In this document: positions 7,572 to 17,270 of the stretch, piece by piece | Layout: each line of letters opens with the position of its first letter | Numbering within the stretch: position 1 is the stretch's first letter | Virus record (IMG/VR): IMGVR_UViG_3300014656_000074 | Span: 1-36,190 of that record | Strand: one strand, 5' to 3' | DNA from: a virus | Lineage: Duplodnaviria; Caudoviricetes | DNA length: 36,190 nucleotides | Made by a program: the position numbers and the translations under genes | Notes under the pieces: generated by a model | The model's database searches: none | What the model was told of the DNA's origin: nothing | What the model saw: only the letters and a program-made list of their open reading frames with translations

Positions 7572-7763
7572 TTAAGCATTATAGCCCTGCATCACTCGCA
7601 ATTCTTTTGCACTTATTGACCAGTTATCCCGTCTATTAACTAATGCCATTGTTTTCTGATATATCTCTGGGTGCTTCACTAGGTACGCCCTCGCTTCGTT
7701 TGCTTCAATCATTATAGCATCTCTGAATACTTTCCTCAAGCCCTTTTTACTCATATTCATCAT
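7572..7763 (-). CDS. First gene of the leftward arm, hypothetical
   Basis: Start ATG 7763 behind AGGAGG. Confidence 0.7.
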   Translation of the reverse strand: MMNMSKKGLRKVFRDAIMIEANEARAYLVKHPEIYQKTMALVNRRDNWSISAKELRVMQGYNA

Positions 7764-7801
7764 TTTGTTTTCCTCCTTGCTTGCCATTCACCTATTATAT
7801 A

Positions 7802-7817
7802 AGCAATTAACATGCCA
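7802..7817 (-). promoter_or_regulatory. Sigma54 (-24/-12) promoter
   Basis: TGGCAT-GTTAA-TTGCT vs consensus TGGCAC-N5-TTGCW, correct spacing, 39 nt upstream of the start codon. Confidence 0.7.
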
Positions 7818-7834
7818 ACATGCCAGGCCAATGA

Positions 7835-7847
7835 TATCAGCCACTTA
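7835..7847. promoter_or_regulatory. IHF-type binding site
   Basis: TATCAG-CCAC-TTA matches WATCAR-N4-TTR; lies about -44 to -56 of the sigma54 promoter. Confidence 0.6.
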
Positions 7848-8025
7848 CACCGATTACATGGGTGCTCATACACCTGCACTAATGCTTAACCAACCTATAA
7901 CTATGATTCTAAACCACTATAATTGAAAAGCAAAGTCAACTAACACCCAGTGTCAAAAAACCGATAAGACACTATGACCGCACAATAGTGCTCAATAGAG
8001 CATAATGACACTATTGATATTGATT

Positions 8026-8057
8026 AGGCTTCCATAAATGCCCCAGGTTTAACGATC
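8026..8057 (-). repeat. Dispersed bipartite motif copy 3
   Basis: Minus strand GATCGTTAAA-cctgGGgcattt-ATGGAAGCCT. Confidence 0.8.
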
Positions 8058-8438
8058 ATAGGACTTGGCTACCCTTACCCTTACCAAAACAGAGCGTGGC
8101 AAGGTTGCCAAGCGGCGTTAGTATAATGATAGCGATAGCTTGCATGCTCTGGCCTTACCCCAAGAGGGAGACAAAAGGATACAGATACCCAATACCCTAA
8201 CACCTATAACACTAAGGCTTATGCACTATACATAAGAGTATAAGATAACATGCTACTCCTACATGCTCTGGCTCTGGTCTAACACCCCCGCCCCGCTAGC
8301 TCCTCAGAATCCTAGTCCTATATACCCATTTATACCCTACCCCCTAGGGCCCCCCATTGTGATTCTATATAGAGGAATGACCCCATCTCAAAATATAATA
8401 ATAATAAAATTAGTCCCTAGAGCATACAATACCAATAA

Positions 8439-8451
8439 TATCAGCTACTTA
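8439..8451. promoter_or_regulatory. Second IHF-type site
   Basis: TATCAG-CTAC-TTA, within a 19/21 direct repeat of 7828-7848. Confidence 0.55.
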
Positions 8452-8473
8452 CTATGAGCATCATAAACACCTA

Positions 8474-8502
8474 TTGACGAACACCCTAAACTATGATATA
8501 CT
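8474..8502 (+). promoter_or_regulatory. Sigma70-type promoter for the late operon
   Basis: TTGACG-17 bp-TATACT with extended -10 TG. Confidence 0.75.
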
Positions 8503-8545
8503 AGAAGTATAGAGTCAGTAGAGTCCCAGTACTACCCCCTCCGTA

Positions 8546-9985
8546 ATGACTAAACAACTAAACTCAGCAGAGCAATTCAGGGCATGGTGTTACTTATACC
8601 TTACACACCACTTTAAATCCCTCCTAGGACCACTCCATGACGAGTGGTTTAGTCTTATAGACCACAAAAGAGTATGTATCTCAGCCCCTCGCGGCTTTGC
8701 TAAAAGCCACTTCTGGACTTTGTACTACCCTCTGTTCAAAGCTCTCTCCTGCCCAGGTACCAGCATCATCATCGTATCAGCCTCAGCCACCCTAGCAGAG
8801 AAGTTCCTTATGAAGATCAAAAGGGAACTAGAGCTTAACAGCGATCTTATAGCCCAATACGGTACCCAAGAGACAAAGACATGGCGTAACAACCTCCTAC
8901 ACCTCTCTAATGGCTCTATGCTCGAAGCTATAGGAGCTAATGGCCGTATCCGTGGTAATAGACCCGATATAGTAATAATGGACGATCTAGAGAATGACAT
9001 GAACGTCCGTTCCGAAGACATCCAGCTCCACATGGTTCACTGGTTCAAGGAAGCTGTTATCAATACCCTAACCGTAGACGGTCAAATAATCATCGTAGGC
9101 ACCCCTCTCCACCCAATGTCCTTCCTAAGCCGTATACTGGACAAAGACATCTCAGTCCTCCACAGCTATGATAAATGGGTAATCAAGCACTTTGGAGCCA
9201 GAGGAGAAGATGGTAAGTCAGTATGGCCCCAGCACTACACCACAGCTTGGCTAGACGAAAAAGAAGATGAGATCGGTCCCGCTGCCTTTGCCCAAGAATA
9301 CATGGGTAACCCAGTCCCTGATGAACTAAGACCCTTCAAACCCGAAATGATCCAATGGTACAAAGAACTACCCAAACGCCTTATCTTCACCACTACGGTA
9401 GACCCAGCAGCCACCACAGGTAACGAATCAGACTACACAGCCATAGTAACCGTAGGAACAGACGCCGATGGCACTATGTACGTAGCAGACGCAATAAGAG
9501 GCCGCTGGGAACCAGACGAGATCATTGAAAAGATCTTCCAACAGTACCTAACCTACGGCTCCAGAACCATAGCCATAGAAGAAGTAGCCTTCTCTAACAT
9601 GCTCCGCAAACAACTAGAGAAGGAAATGCTCCGCCGTCACCTCCCCCTAAACGTAGTAGCCCTAAAGAAAGACAACTCTTCAATGGGTATCAAGAAGACC
9701 CTACGCATAGAAGGTCTACAACCCCACATAAAAGCAGGCTGGATGCTCTTCTCCCACGCCCACAAAGACCTAGAAACCGAACTCCTCTGCTTCCCAGGCC
9801 GTCACGACGACCTCCTAGACGCCCTAGCATACCAACTAGACATAATCCAACCAGCCTCCAAAGGTAACACAGAACGAGAATACATAGAAAATGCCCCAGC
9901 AGGCTCCTACCTAGACTGGGATAAGTACTGTAACCCAGAAAAATACCTCCCCAAATGCGGCAAACGCAAAACCTGGCATATCTAA
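8546..9985 (+). CDS. terL: Terminase large subunit
   Basis: Walker A APRGFAKS, Walker B IVIMDDLE, coupling motif GTP, FAQEYMGNP, nuclease VDPA...SDYTA and HDDLLDALAY. Confidence 0.95.
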   Translation: MTKQLNSAEQFRAWCYLYLTHHFKSLLGPLHDEWFSLIDHKRVCISAPRGFAKSHFWTLYYPLFKALSCPGTSIIIVSASATLAEKFLMKIKRELELNSDLIAQYGTQETKTWRNNLLHLSNGSMLEAIGANGRIRGNRPDIVIMDDLENDMNVRSEDIQLHMVHWFKEAVINTLTVDGQIIIVGTPLHPMSFLSRILDKDISVLHSYDKWVIKHFGARGEDGKSVWPQHYTTAWLDEKEDEIGPAAFAQEYMGNPVPDELRPFKPEMIQWYKELPKRLIFTTTVDPAATTGNESDYTAIVTVGTDADGTMYVADAIRGRWEPDEIIEKIFQQYLTYGSRTIAIEEVAFSNMLRKQLEKEMLRRHLPLNVVALKKDNSSMGIKKTLRIEGLQPHIKAGWMLFSHAHKDLETELLCFPGRHDDLLDALAYQLDIIQPASKGNTEREYIENAPAGSYLDWDKYCNPEKYLPKCGKRKTWHI

Positions 9986-9994
9986 AGAGGCCCA

Positions 9995-12004
9995 ATGTCC
10001 AAAGCATCCAAAGACAAAAAGAAAGAAATCTTTAAGAATATCCAGATAGGCCTAGACTACCAAGACGTCAAAGATGCCCACGGCCCATGGCGTAGTACCA
10101 CAGAACGCCTCCTCCGCTACCTAGAAGGAGACTACACCAAACCAGGCTACGATAACAAATACATTGTAAACAACATCTACAACTTCGTAAACATCCTTGT
10201 CCCCAACCTCTTCTACGAAATGCCCTACGTAAGGTTAACAGCAGCCAAACCAGAATTTATCTACAAAGAAAAAGGAAAACCAGACAAAGTATACAATGGT
10301 GCCAAATGCGCCATGTTAATGGAATCCTTACTAAACAACGAACTAAAGAAGATGGACGTAGAAGAACAGTTCAGACAATGCATCCAAGACACCCTATTCG
10401 CAGGCTTTTCCATAGACAAGACAGGCTACTCCTCAGATACAGACCCAGACTCAGATGACGACTATCTTGAAGAAAAAGGCTCTATCTTCTCCCAGCGTGT
10501 AGACCCCATGGACTTCCTCTTTGACCCCCTCTGCACCGATATAACCAACGCTCGTTGGGTAGTCCACCGCTTCACCGAGTCTCTAGAAGCAGTAAAGAAC
10601 AGCCCCAACTACAAGAACAACAAAGACCTAATAGGCGTTGCCCTAGACGACTCAGACCCCAAGAAGAAAACCAAAGAAGACTCCAAAGACACCTCAGACT
10701 ACATAGTCCTCTATGAATATCATGACCTAATAGAAAACATGATTTATACTGTAACCAAAGACACAGGAAAAAAGAAACGTATTCTATGGGAACGTAAGAA
10801 CACATCCCCCATAAAAGAACACTTCACGGCTCTACGCTTTACCCGCAACAACTCCAAGTTCCGTGGCATCCCAATGGCCATTATGATAGAAGACGAAGCC
10901 CTAGCAGCCAACGAACTCTTCACCCTAATGATCCGCCACTACCAACTCTTCCCAGGAACTTTCCTCTTTGAACAAGGTGCAGTAGACGAAGACGAAATCT
11001 CCAAATTCGAAAACGCTGAACAAGGAGCCTTTCTATTCGTACAACCAGGAACCCTCCAAAACAAACGCTACGTCCGTGAAGCCCCCCTTACAATGGGCTC
11101 AGACTACTTCAACGGCATAGCAACAGTAAACCAAGTAGCCGACAGAGTCCTAGGCATCCCAGAGTTCCAAAGAGCAGACCAACAAGCAGGCCGCCGCAAG
11201 ACAGCCACAGAAGTATCCCTAGAAGGCCAAGACGCAGGTATCCGCAGAGCCTACTTCCTCCACTTCGTCCGTAAGTTCATAATCGAAGTATCCAAGAAAG
11301 TAGCCTCTCTAATCCAAACCCACTACACCTCAGAAGACGCAGTATTCATATCAGGCGAATTCAACGAATGGCTCAAACCAGACATAGGAGCAATAAGAGC
11401 AGGAGAATACAACTACGACTTCGAGGTTTCGTCTTTAACCCAAGTAGAACGAGGCCAAGCACAAGGCCTAACCCAACTACTCCAAATAGCAGGCCAAGCC
11501 CCAGAACTCTTCAAACCCATGCTAGCCAAGATCAACCCAGAAAAAACAATGAAACTCCTAGCCAAAGGCATGAACGTCCCCTGGGACGCCATATCTAACG
11601 ACGAAGCCTTTGTCCGTAGAGCCATATCCCCCCACACAGAAAACCAGATACTACTGGACAGCATAGAAGAAGGTAAAGTACAGCGGCTCCCAGACCCCAA
11701 CCCAGGCGAAAAGCACATGGAAGAGCATATCCCTGTACATAAGTCCCTTGCCCTACAGATAGACCCATCTACAAAGATAGGACAGCAGGCTTTAGAAGAG
11801 GCTTCAAGACACATAGAAATGCACATGGCCATGATGCAAGTAGTATCTCAATGGCCAGGCCAGCTCTTCGCAGAACAACAAGGCCAAGGAGCCCCAGAAC
11901 AACCCCCACAGCAACAAGCTCCAGCCCCTGAATCAGCAGCCCAACTACCAACAGAAGGCGAAGCCGTTGGAGGATTTACACAGTCTACGGAGCCTGAAGT
12001 ATAA
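9995..12004 (+). CDS. Portal protein (P22-like podovirus type)
   Basis: 669 aa directly after TerL; RVDPMDFLFDP, TATEV, Gln/Pro-rich C-terminal barrel-like tail. Confidence 0.85.
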   Translation: MSKASKDKKKEIFKNIQIGLDYQDVKDAHGPWRSTTERLLRYLEGDYTKPGYDNKYIVNNIYNFVNILVPNLFYEMPYVRLTAAKPEFIYKEKGKPDKVYNGAKCAMLMESLLNNELKKMDVEEQFRQCIQDTLFAGFSIDKTGYSSDTDPDSDDDYLEEKGSIFSQRVDPMDFLFDPLCTDITNARWVVHRFTESLEAVKNSPNYKNNKDLIGVALDDSDPKKKTKEDSKDTSDYIVLYEYHDLIENMIYTVTKDTGKKKRILWERKNTSPIKEHFTALRFTRNNSKFRGIPMAIMIEDEALAANELFTLMIRHYQLFPGTFLFEQGAVDEDEISKFENAEQGAFLFVQPGTLQNKRYVREAPLTMGSDYFNGIATVNQVADRVLGIPEFQRADQQAGRRKTATEVSLEGQDAGIRRAYFLHFVRKFIIEVSKKVASLIQTHYTSEDAVFISGEFNEWLKPDIGAIRAGEYNYDFEVSSLTQVERGQAQGLTQLLQIAGQAPELFKPMLAKINPEKTMKLLAKGMNVPWDAISNDEAFVRRAISPHTENQILLDSIEEGKVQRLPDPNPGEKHMEEHIPVHKSLALQIDPSTKIGQQALEEASRHIEMHMAMMQVVSQWPGQLFAEQQGQGAPEQPPQQQAPAPESAAQLPTEGEAVGGFTQSTEPEV

Positions 12005-12357
12005 TGCCACTATACGACACCAAATGCTTTGAATGTGGAGCAGAACAAGAAGAGCACAGAAAGCTCTCAGAAGCCCATATCTGCCCTCCATGCACTTGTG
12101 GCGGAGAATACCGTATAATCATCAAGACAGCCCCTAGCGTTCAAGGAAGCACCCTTGACGGCTCTTTCACACCCCATTATGACACCTCAGCAGGCCGCTA
12201 CTTCCAACACGCCTCTGAAAAGACACACTGGCTCAAAGAAACAGGCAAGGTACAATTAGGCGGCAACTTCTCCCCCAAGTTAGGGGATAAAGGAAAATCA
12301 CAAATACCAATGACAAAAGATCAAGCCAAAAAAGGTATATCATCGGGAGATCTCTAG
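12004..12357 (+). CDS. FmdB-family zinc-ribbon protein
   Basis: MPLYDTKCFECG...CPPCTCGG; typical position between portal and scaffold. Confidence 0.8.
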   Translation: MPLYDTKCFECGAEQEEHRKLSEAHICPPCTCGGEYRIIIKTAPSVQGSTLDGSFTPHYDTSAGRYFQHASEKTHWLKETGKVQLGGNFSPKLGDKGKSQIPMTKDQAKKGISSGDL

Positions 12358-12392
12358 TATAGAGGTTAGCCCATAACCGAAAGGCTTAACAC

Positions 12393-13298
12393 ATGCCAGC
12401 AGAAAACGTCAATATACAGGAGTCTGACGAATCCGTAGATAGCTCCCCAGGAGAGTCTACAGACGAAACCCAGATAGCCAGTAACGACACAGAGTTAGCC
12501 CCCGCAGAAGGAGACTCTGAAGCAGCACCAACTGCACCATACGATTACTATAATCCGGACACTTGGGGAGATAAACAACCCAAGGATGTAATGAAAGAAG
12601 TCCAAACTTATAATAATCAAATATCAACAAGAAAGGCAGAATTAGAACGCGAAGTAGCTAAAAAGGCCGAAGAACAACAGCAATGGGAAACATGGGCAAA
12701 ACAGGTCATAGCAAATCCAGAAGCCTACAAAAACATCCGTAGACAGTATGGATACCAAGACGAAGTTACCCAAGCTCAAACAGACGGTCCCCCCAAACTA
12801 GCTCTAAACCTTAACGAGAATGCAACCCTAGACGATCTTGAAAAACAACTTGCTACGCACTTTGAACAAAGAGATCAATACTGGGCCTCCCGTTATGACA
12901 GTGAACTAGCCAAAAGAGACAAGATGTATGAAGAACGGATAGCTCGCTCAACCCAACCAGTAGCCCAAATGAAATGGGATGCTGCTAAAGAATCTGTAAG
13001 GAACAAGCTTGGTAGTGCCTACGCTAAAGTAGAAGACGGTGTACTCTCTCAGGCAGTCAATGGACCCCTGAAAGCCCTATACGGAACAATGCCAGACGAC
13101 GTATTCCTGGAAACCGTATACAAAGCCGCATACGCAGATCAGTATGCTGAGTCCATCTTAGCTTCTAAACAAGCAGAAGCAATTAAACGTAAAGCCTCCT
13201 CTACAGCCAAACCCTCCACCAAACAGTCCTCAGCTAACGCTGGTAAACTAACTGGTGTAGACGCTGCACTCGAACGCCTCAAAGCCAAAGGCTTCTAA
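12393..13298 (+). CDS. Scaffolding protein
   Basis: Acidic disordered N-terminus, coiled coil, basic C-terminal helix; directly before capsid gene. Confidence 0.75.
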   Translation: MPAENVNIQESDESVDSSPGESTDETQIASNDTELAPAEGDSEAAPTAPYDYYNPDTWGDKQPKDVMKEVQTYNNQISTRKAELEREVAKKAEEQQQWETWAKQVIANPEAYKNIRRQYGYQDEVTQAQTDGPPKLALNLNENATLDDLEKQLATHFEQRDQYWASRYDSELAKRDKMYEERIARSTQPVAQMKWDAAKESVRNKLGSAYAKVEDGVLSQAVNGPLKALYGTMPDDVFLETVYKAAYADQYAESILASKQAEAIKRKASSTAKPSTKQSSANAGKLTGVDAALERLKAKGF

Positions 13299-13323
13299 TC
13301 CTGCCTAATATCAGGAGATAACT

Positions 13324-14289
13324 ATGTATCCAGGTGGATCTACAGTAGCTGTTGATACCTCTGCATCTCGTAATAGTGACATTCTCACAGCTTTTATGTC
13401 AGAAGTCCTTAACGATTTTCCAGTGGACAACAGAACAGTCTTAAACCCCACCCTCGATCACCTCAAGCAAAATGCTCGCATTAAGTCTTGGGGACGTCAG
13501 GCATATTGTCCCATCTATACAGGCACCAACACAACTGGTGGCTACTATAGTGGGTACGATGAGTTTGATGCAACACCTCAGTCAGCAGCCCGTAGCGTTA
13601 ACTACGCTATGGTCAACTGGGGTCAGACCGTTGTGGTCAATGACGAGGAACTAACAGAAACAAAAGGTGATAGACACAAAATCTATGACCTCGTTAAGTT
13701 TAAAAAGCAAGTAGCAGAAGACACTTGCTTCGACGATCTCAACGAAGATTGTTATGCCGCTGCTCCAGCAGCAGATGAACTTAACTCCCTAGCAGTAATG
13801 ATTGATTCTACAGGCTCATGTGGTGACCTCTCAGCCACCACAGACGCTCAGTGGGCATCAGTTGAAAACGCTGGTGGTGTCTTTACAGCCCAAGGTTACG
13901 CAGACATGATTACCATGTACAACGACCTAAAAGCCAACAAGTCCCATCCATCAGCAGTCATGACAACTCAAGCAATCCATGAGTTGTATGAACTCGAACA
14001 CAACGTAGACGTCCGTTATGGTGACCCCAAAATGGCCGGAAAACGTGGTGTCAAGGAACTCTTTTTCAAAGACATTCCTATCCTGTGGGATGACGATTGC
14101 ACCGCCGGTGTAATGTACTTCCTTAACAATAAACATCTGTTCCTAGCTATCGAATCAAGTCAGAACTTCCAGTTCGACCCATTCGCAAAGCCAGTCAAAC
14201 AGAAAGCCCAAATCTCCCTGTTCCACGTTCGTCTCCAGATCATGTGTGACAAACGTAACGCCCAGGGTAAGATCACAGGCATAAGCTAA
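13324..14289 (+). CDS. Major capsid protein
   Basis: 321 aa after scaffold, AGGAGA SD; HK97-like pattern (YSGYDEF, LFFKDIPILWDDDC, MYFLNNKHL, RNAQGKITGI). Confidence 0.85.
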   Translation: MYPGGSTVAVDTSASRNSDILTAFMSEVLNDFPVDNRTVLNPTLDHLKQNARIKSWGRQAYCPIYTGTNTTGGYYSGYDEFDATPQSAARSVNYAMVNWGQTVVVNDEELTETKGDRHKIYDLVKFKKQVAEDTCFDDLNEDCYAAAPAADELNSLAVMIDSTGSCGDLSATTDAQWASVENAGGVFTAQGYADMITMYNDLKANKSHPSAVMTTQAIHELYELEHNVDVRYGDPKMAGKRGVKELFFKDIPILWDDDCTAGVMYFLNNKHLFLAIESSQNFQFDPFAKPVKQKAQISLFHVRLQIMCDKRNAQGKITGIS

Positions 14290-14301
14290 TAGGAGGATGA
14301 T

Positions 14302-14742
14302 ATGGGAGAATTAATTGGTGGATATACCCATGGTGATTCTACTATTGGGTGTAATCAAAGAGTAATGTGGGTAGAAGATGGTGTCGGCATGACAGCAGGT
14401 AAAGTCTACGCTGTAGGCCCAGCTCTTCTCACAGAAGCAATACCAAACGCAGAAATTCATCTTCCTTGCGTAGCCCTAAAAACCTCCGCCTCTGGCGATA
14501 AGGTTCAGGTCGGCATAGAAGGTGTGTTTGAAGCATGGCTTAAAGCAGGTACCTTAACAGCAGGTGACGGTATTCGTTCCGACAACTCTGAGGCTCTTGC
14601 CGTATGCACAGAATCAGCAGCTACTGATAACCCAGGTGACCAGACAGCCGATGAAATTGGCTTTGTGGTAACAGCTGGAAGCGGTGGCTCAAAAGACAGT
14701 GTGATATACCTCTATGGTCTACCAGTATTGTCAATCGCGTAA
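14302..14742 (+). CDS. Capsid cement/decoration protein
   Basis: Small Gly/Ala-rich beta protein after MCP (VQVGIEGV, LTAGDGI, IGFVVTA). Confidence 0.6.
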   Translation: MGELIGGYTHGDSTIGCNQRVMWVEDGVGMTAGKVYAVGPALLTEAIPNAEIHLPCVALKTSASGDKVQVGIEGVFEAWLKAGTLTAGDGIRSDNSEALAVCTESAATDNPGDQTADEIGFVVTAGSGGSKDSVIYLYGLPVLSIA

Positions 14743-14747
14743 GTAAA

Positions 14748-14794
14748 CCAAGGAACTTGGGGGGAGGTAACTCCACTCCCCCCTTGGCCTTTAT
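14748..14794 (+). terminator. Stem-loop/terminator after capsid genes
   Basis: GGGGGAG/CTCCCCC (alternatively CCAAGG/CCTTGG) followed by TTTATT. Confidence 0.55.
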
Positions 14795-14808
14795 TAAGGA
14801 GTAACAAA

Positions 14809-16866
14809 ATGTTATCAGCAGGAAAGATTAAAAATAAATCCATTATAAGAAGCTCTGTATGCGCTACAGGAGAGAAGTACGATCAACTTCCTCTAGTAGC
14901 CACAGCCTCTCTAGAAGCAGCTGCCTCTGGCAACGAAGGCGGTATTGTCTATGACTCTACTACCAATAGCGTTAAGTTCAGTAACGGTACTTCTTGGGCA
15001 GCTATAGCAGGCTCTGCTATTACAGGCGACGCAGTATACAACGCAGGTGCATGGACCGTAGCAGTTGATGCCAATGATGTCATTTTCAACCTAGCAGACT
15101 CAACCAATGACTATGACTTTGAACTCAGAGCCTCAGCCACTGGAACCCTAGCCTCTGCTCTTGTTGTAGATGCCTATCATGCCACAGCAACCATTACGGA
15201 TGCTATAATCGTTAAAACAACTGGTGCAACAGCCGTTGTAACAGATGCTCTTGACATGTCAGACGCAGGAATCGTAAACGCCTTAAACATAGGTGCAAAC
15301 GCCATTGTAGGCTCCTCAGGAACCATTGATCTCGGTTCTTTTGAAGTCGACGGATCAGGTAACGTCTCATGCGTAAACCTTACAGCATCAGGCACAGTTA
15401 CCCTAGCTGCTTTTGAAGTAGCTGGCCCAATCACGGTAGACGAACTCATCCTCGATACCGATGGTGTAGCCCCAGCGGCCACAGTCTGCTATGCAGTCCG
15501 TGACAACTCAGGTGACTTAACAGTCAACTGTGTAACTGGCAAAACAGTCAACGTAGCCGTAGCAGGCTCCGATGAATATGCCTTCGCAGCAGCTTCTCTC
15601 GACATGAAGGGTAATCACCTAGACAACAGTGGTTACGTAATCATGAACGCTGTAACCCTTCCCGCAGGTACGGAATGTTACATCGGACATGACAATAGTG
15701 GCGATACCACAGTCAACTGCCTCACAGGCAAAACCATCAACTTTGCCGTAGCAGGTACAGATGAAATCAGCATTGCTGCCAATCTTCTACAGATTACAGC
15801 AGGCTCTGACATCAAGTTCATGGACGACGGTGGTCTCCTTGACTCCTCAGGTAACGAAGTCCTTCTGGTTGAAGCAACCGGCTCGGCTGTAAACTACCTC
15901 CAGGTCAAGAACGCAGCAACAGCAGATCCTATCAGCTTAGCCTGTATGGGCACAGCAGACAAGGGCTTCAAGTTCGAAAACGATCAAGATGAAGTTATCT
16001 TTGCATGTACCCCAGTAGCAACTGGTGTATGCTACATGGATCTCATCAACTCAGCAGCTGCTTCCCCAATTATTCGGGCAACTGGCATCGCTGATATGGG
16101 TCTTATCCTCCAGAACGCAGCCTCAGAACCTATCTTCCAAGTATCTTGTGGCGGAACCGCCGCAGTCAACTGGGCTACCTTAAAAGCCAGCGATACTGGT
16201 GTCCAAGTCATTATGCAGAACGATGGCGAAGATGACGTAGGTTTCCTCTTCAACGCCAAAAACGCTGAAGAAATCCTGTCCCTCAAGACAGCCGCAGCAG
16301 CAGTAGACTATATTGAAATCACCGCTTGTGCCGCAGATGGCTCCCCCAGCATCAAGGCCCTCGGTGACGATACCCATATTGACTTGCTCTTACAGGCCAA
16401 GGGTACAGCCAACGTAATCATTGACCAGTGTGGTATTGCAGGTGGTGATGGGTCTGGTGAAGACTTTGTTATCCAGTCCACTACACATGCAACCAAGGGT
16501 TGGGTATCAGTCCCCAACGGTGGTCAAGGCCTCCAAATCGGCGGTGTCGTAGACCGCGCAGGTACAGCTCAAGATAATACTTTAACTATTGTCAACGCAG
16601 CTACGCCTCCTCAGGCCGGTCAAGCAATCGTCAATGCTGTGCAGTTCTACAGCTCAGGTGGCGAAGCTTTCGTTATTGATGCAGCTGGTACCGCAACGCA
16701 GCTTTCTCCTCATAATGATGACGGAGAATGGCACTTTAACTCCTATTCAGCTAAAACAGGCAAAACCCTCAGAATCAAGATGGAACGTATGATGAAGAAA
16801 CTGGCAGAGAAGTATCCAGAAGACTTCGCAGATTTCATCGAGGAAGTAGATGGTGTTGATGTATAA
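14809..16866 (+). CDS. Large repeat-containing virion fibre protein (head or tail fibre)
   Basis: Ala/Gly/Thr/Asp-rich beta sequence, internal 63-aa and ~40-aa repeats, C-terminal TQLSPHNDDGEW...TGKTLRIKMERMMK domain. Confidence 0.65.
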   Translation: MLSAGKIKNKSIIRSSVCATGEKYDQLPLVATASLEAAASGNEGGIVYDSTTNSVKFSNGTSWAAIAGSAITGDAVYNAGAWTVAVDANDVIFNLADSTNDYDFELRASATGTLASALVVDAYHATATITDAIIVKTTGATAVVTDALDMSDAGIVNALNIGANAIVGSSGTIDLGSFEVDGSGNVSCVNLTASGTVTLAAFEVAGPITVDELILDTDGVAPAATVCYAVRDNSGDLTVNCVTGKTVNVAVAGSDEYAFAAASLDMKGNHLDNSGYVIMNAVTLPAGTECYIGHDNSGDTTVNCLTGKTINFAVAGTDEISIAANLLQITAGSDIKFMDDGGLLDSSGNEVLLVEATGSAVNYLQVKNAATADPISLACMGTADKGFKFENDQDEVIFACTPVATGVCYMDLINSAAASPIIRATGIADMGLILQNAASEPIFQVSCGGTAAVNWATLKASDTGVQVIMQNDGEDDVGFLFNAKNAEEILSLKTAAAAVDYIEITACAADGSPSIKALGDDTHIDLLLQAKGTANVIIDQCGIAGGDGSGEDFVIQSTTHATKGWVSVPNGGQGLQIGGVVDRAGTAQDNTLTIVNAATPPQAGQAIVNAVQFYSSGGEAFVIDAAGTATQLSPHNDDGEWHFNSYSAKTGKTLRIKMERMMKKLAEKYPEDFADFIEEVDGVDV

Positions 16867-16956
16867 TCAACCCATTAACCTATTTAACTGATAGGAGGTG
16901 ATCTAGTATCTGTCTCACCCCAGTATCAATTAAGATACTGTAAATCAGGAGGTACC

Positions 16957-17163
16957 ATGGAACTCGAAGCAATGAAGACCGAGATAACGGAAAGATTTGA
17001 AACGACGAAGGCCCAAGTGCAGGAGCTGGGCAAGCATCGCTCAGAGCTTGACCGTAAGATCCAGGCCGGTGTTGACGAGATGAAAGCCATCCAAGGAGAA
17101 TATCGAGCAATCGAGAAACTTCTAGCTCAGAAACCAGCCAAACCCGTAAAATCGGTTAAGTAA
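16957..17163 (+). CDS. Small coiled-coil protein (possible fibre chaperone)
   Basis: AGGAGGT SD; heptad-rich 68 aa. Confidence 0.7.
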   Translation: MELEAMKTEITERFETTKAQVQELGKHRSELDRKIQAGVDEMKAIQGEYRAIEKLLAQKPAKPVKSVK

Positions 17164-17168
17164 ATGGT

Positions 17169-17191
17169 AGGGGGTACTAAAACGTACCCCT
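17169..17191 (+). terminator. Stem-loop after coiled-coil gene
   Basis: GGGGTAC-TAAAAC-GTACCCC; weak U-tract. Confidence 0.45.
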
Positions 17192-17270
17192 CTCCTTGTA
17201 TTTAACCATTAACCCCACCTCAACCTCTTAGAACCGTAGAATTAGCTTTAGGACATAAAAGGAGAAACCT

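Noticed and set aside
1316-7619. Plus-strand track ORFs in the left arm (e.g. 3006..3395, 4433..4756, 7248..7619)
   Set aside because: Antisense to SD-supported minus-strand genes; no motifs
8097-8127. Rightward sigma54 or sigma70 promoter (TGGCA...TTGC; TATAAT)
   Set aside because: GG-GC spacing too short for sigma54; no -35 at 16-18 bp from the TATAAT
8263-8457. Terminase small subunit ORF
   Set aside because: No SD, low-complexity Pro/Ile sequence, lies upstream of the terL promoter and over regulatory repeats
16921-16940. CAGTATC-AATTAA-GATACTG dyad as an operator
   Set aside because: Single occurrence with no matching site elsewhere; cannot be distinguished from a small mRNA hairpin
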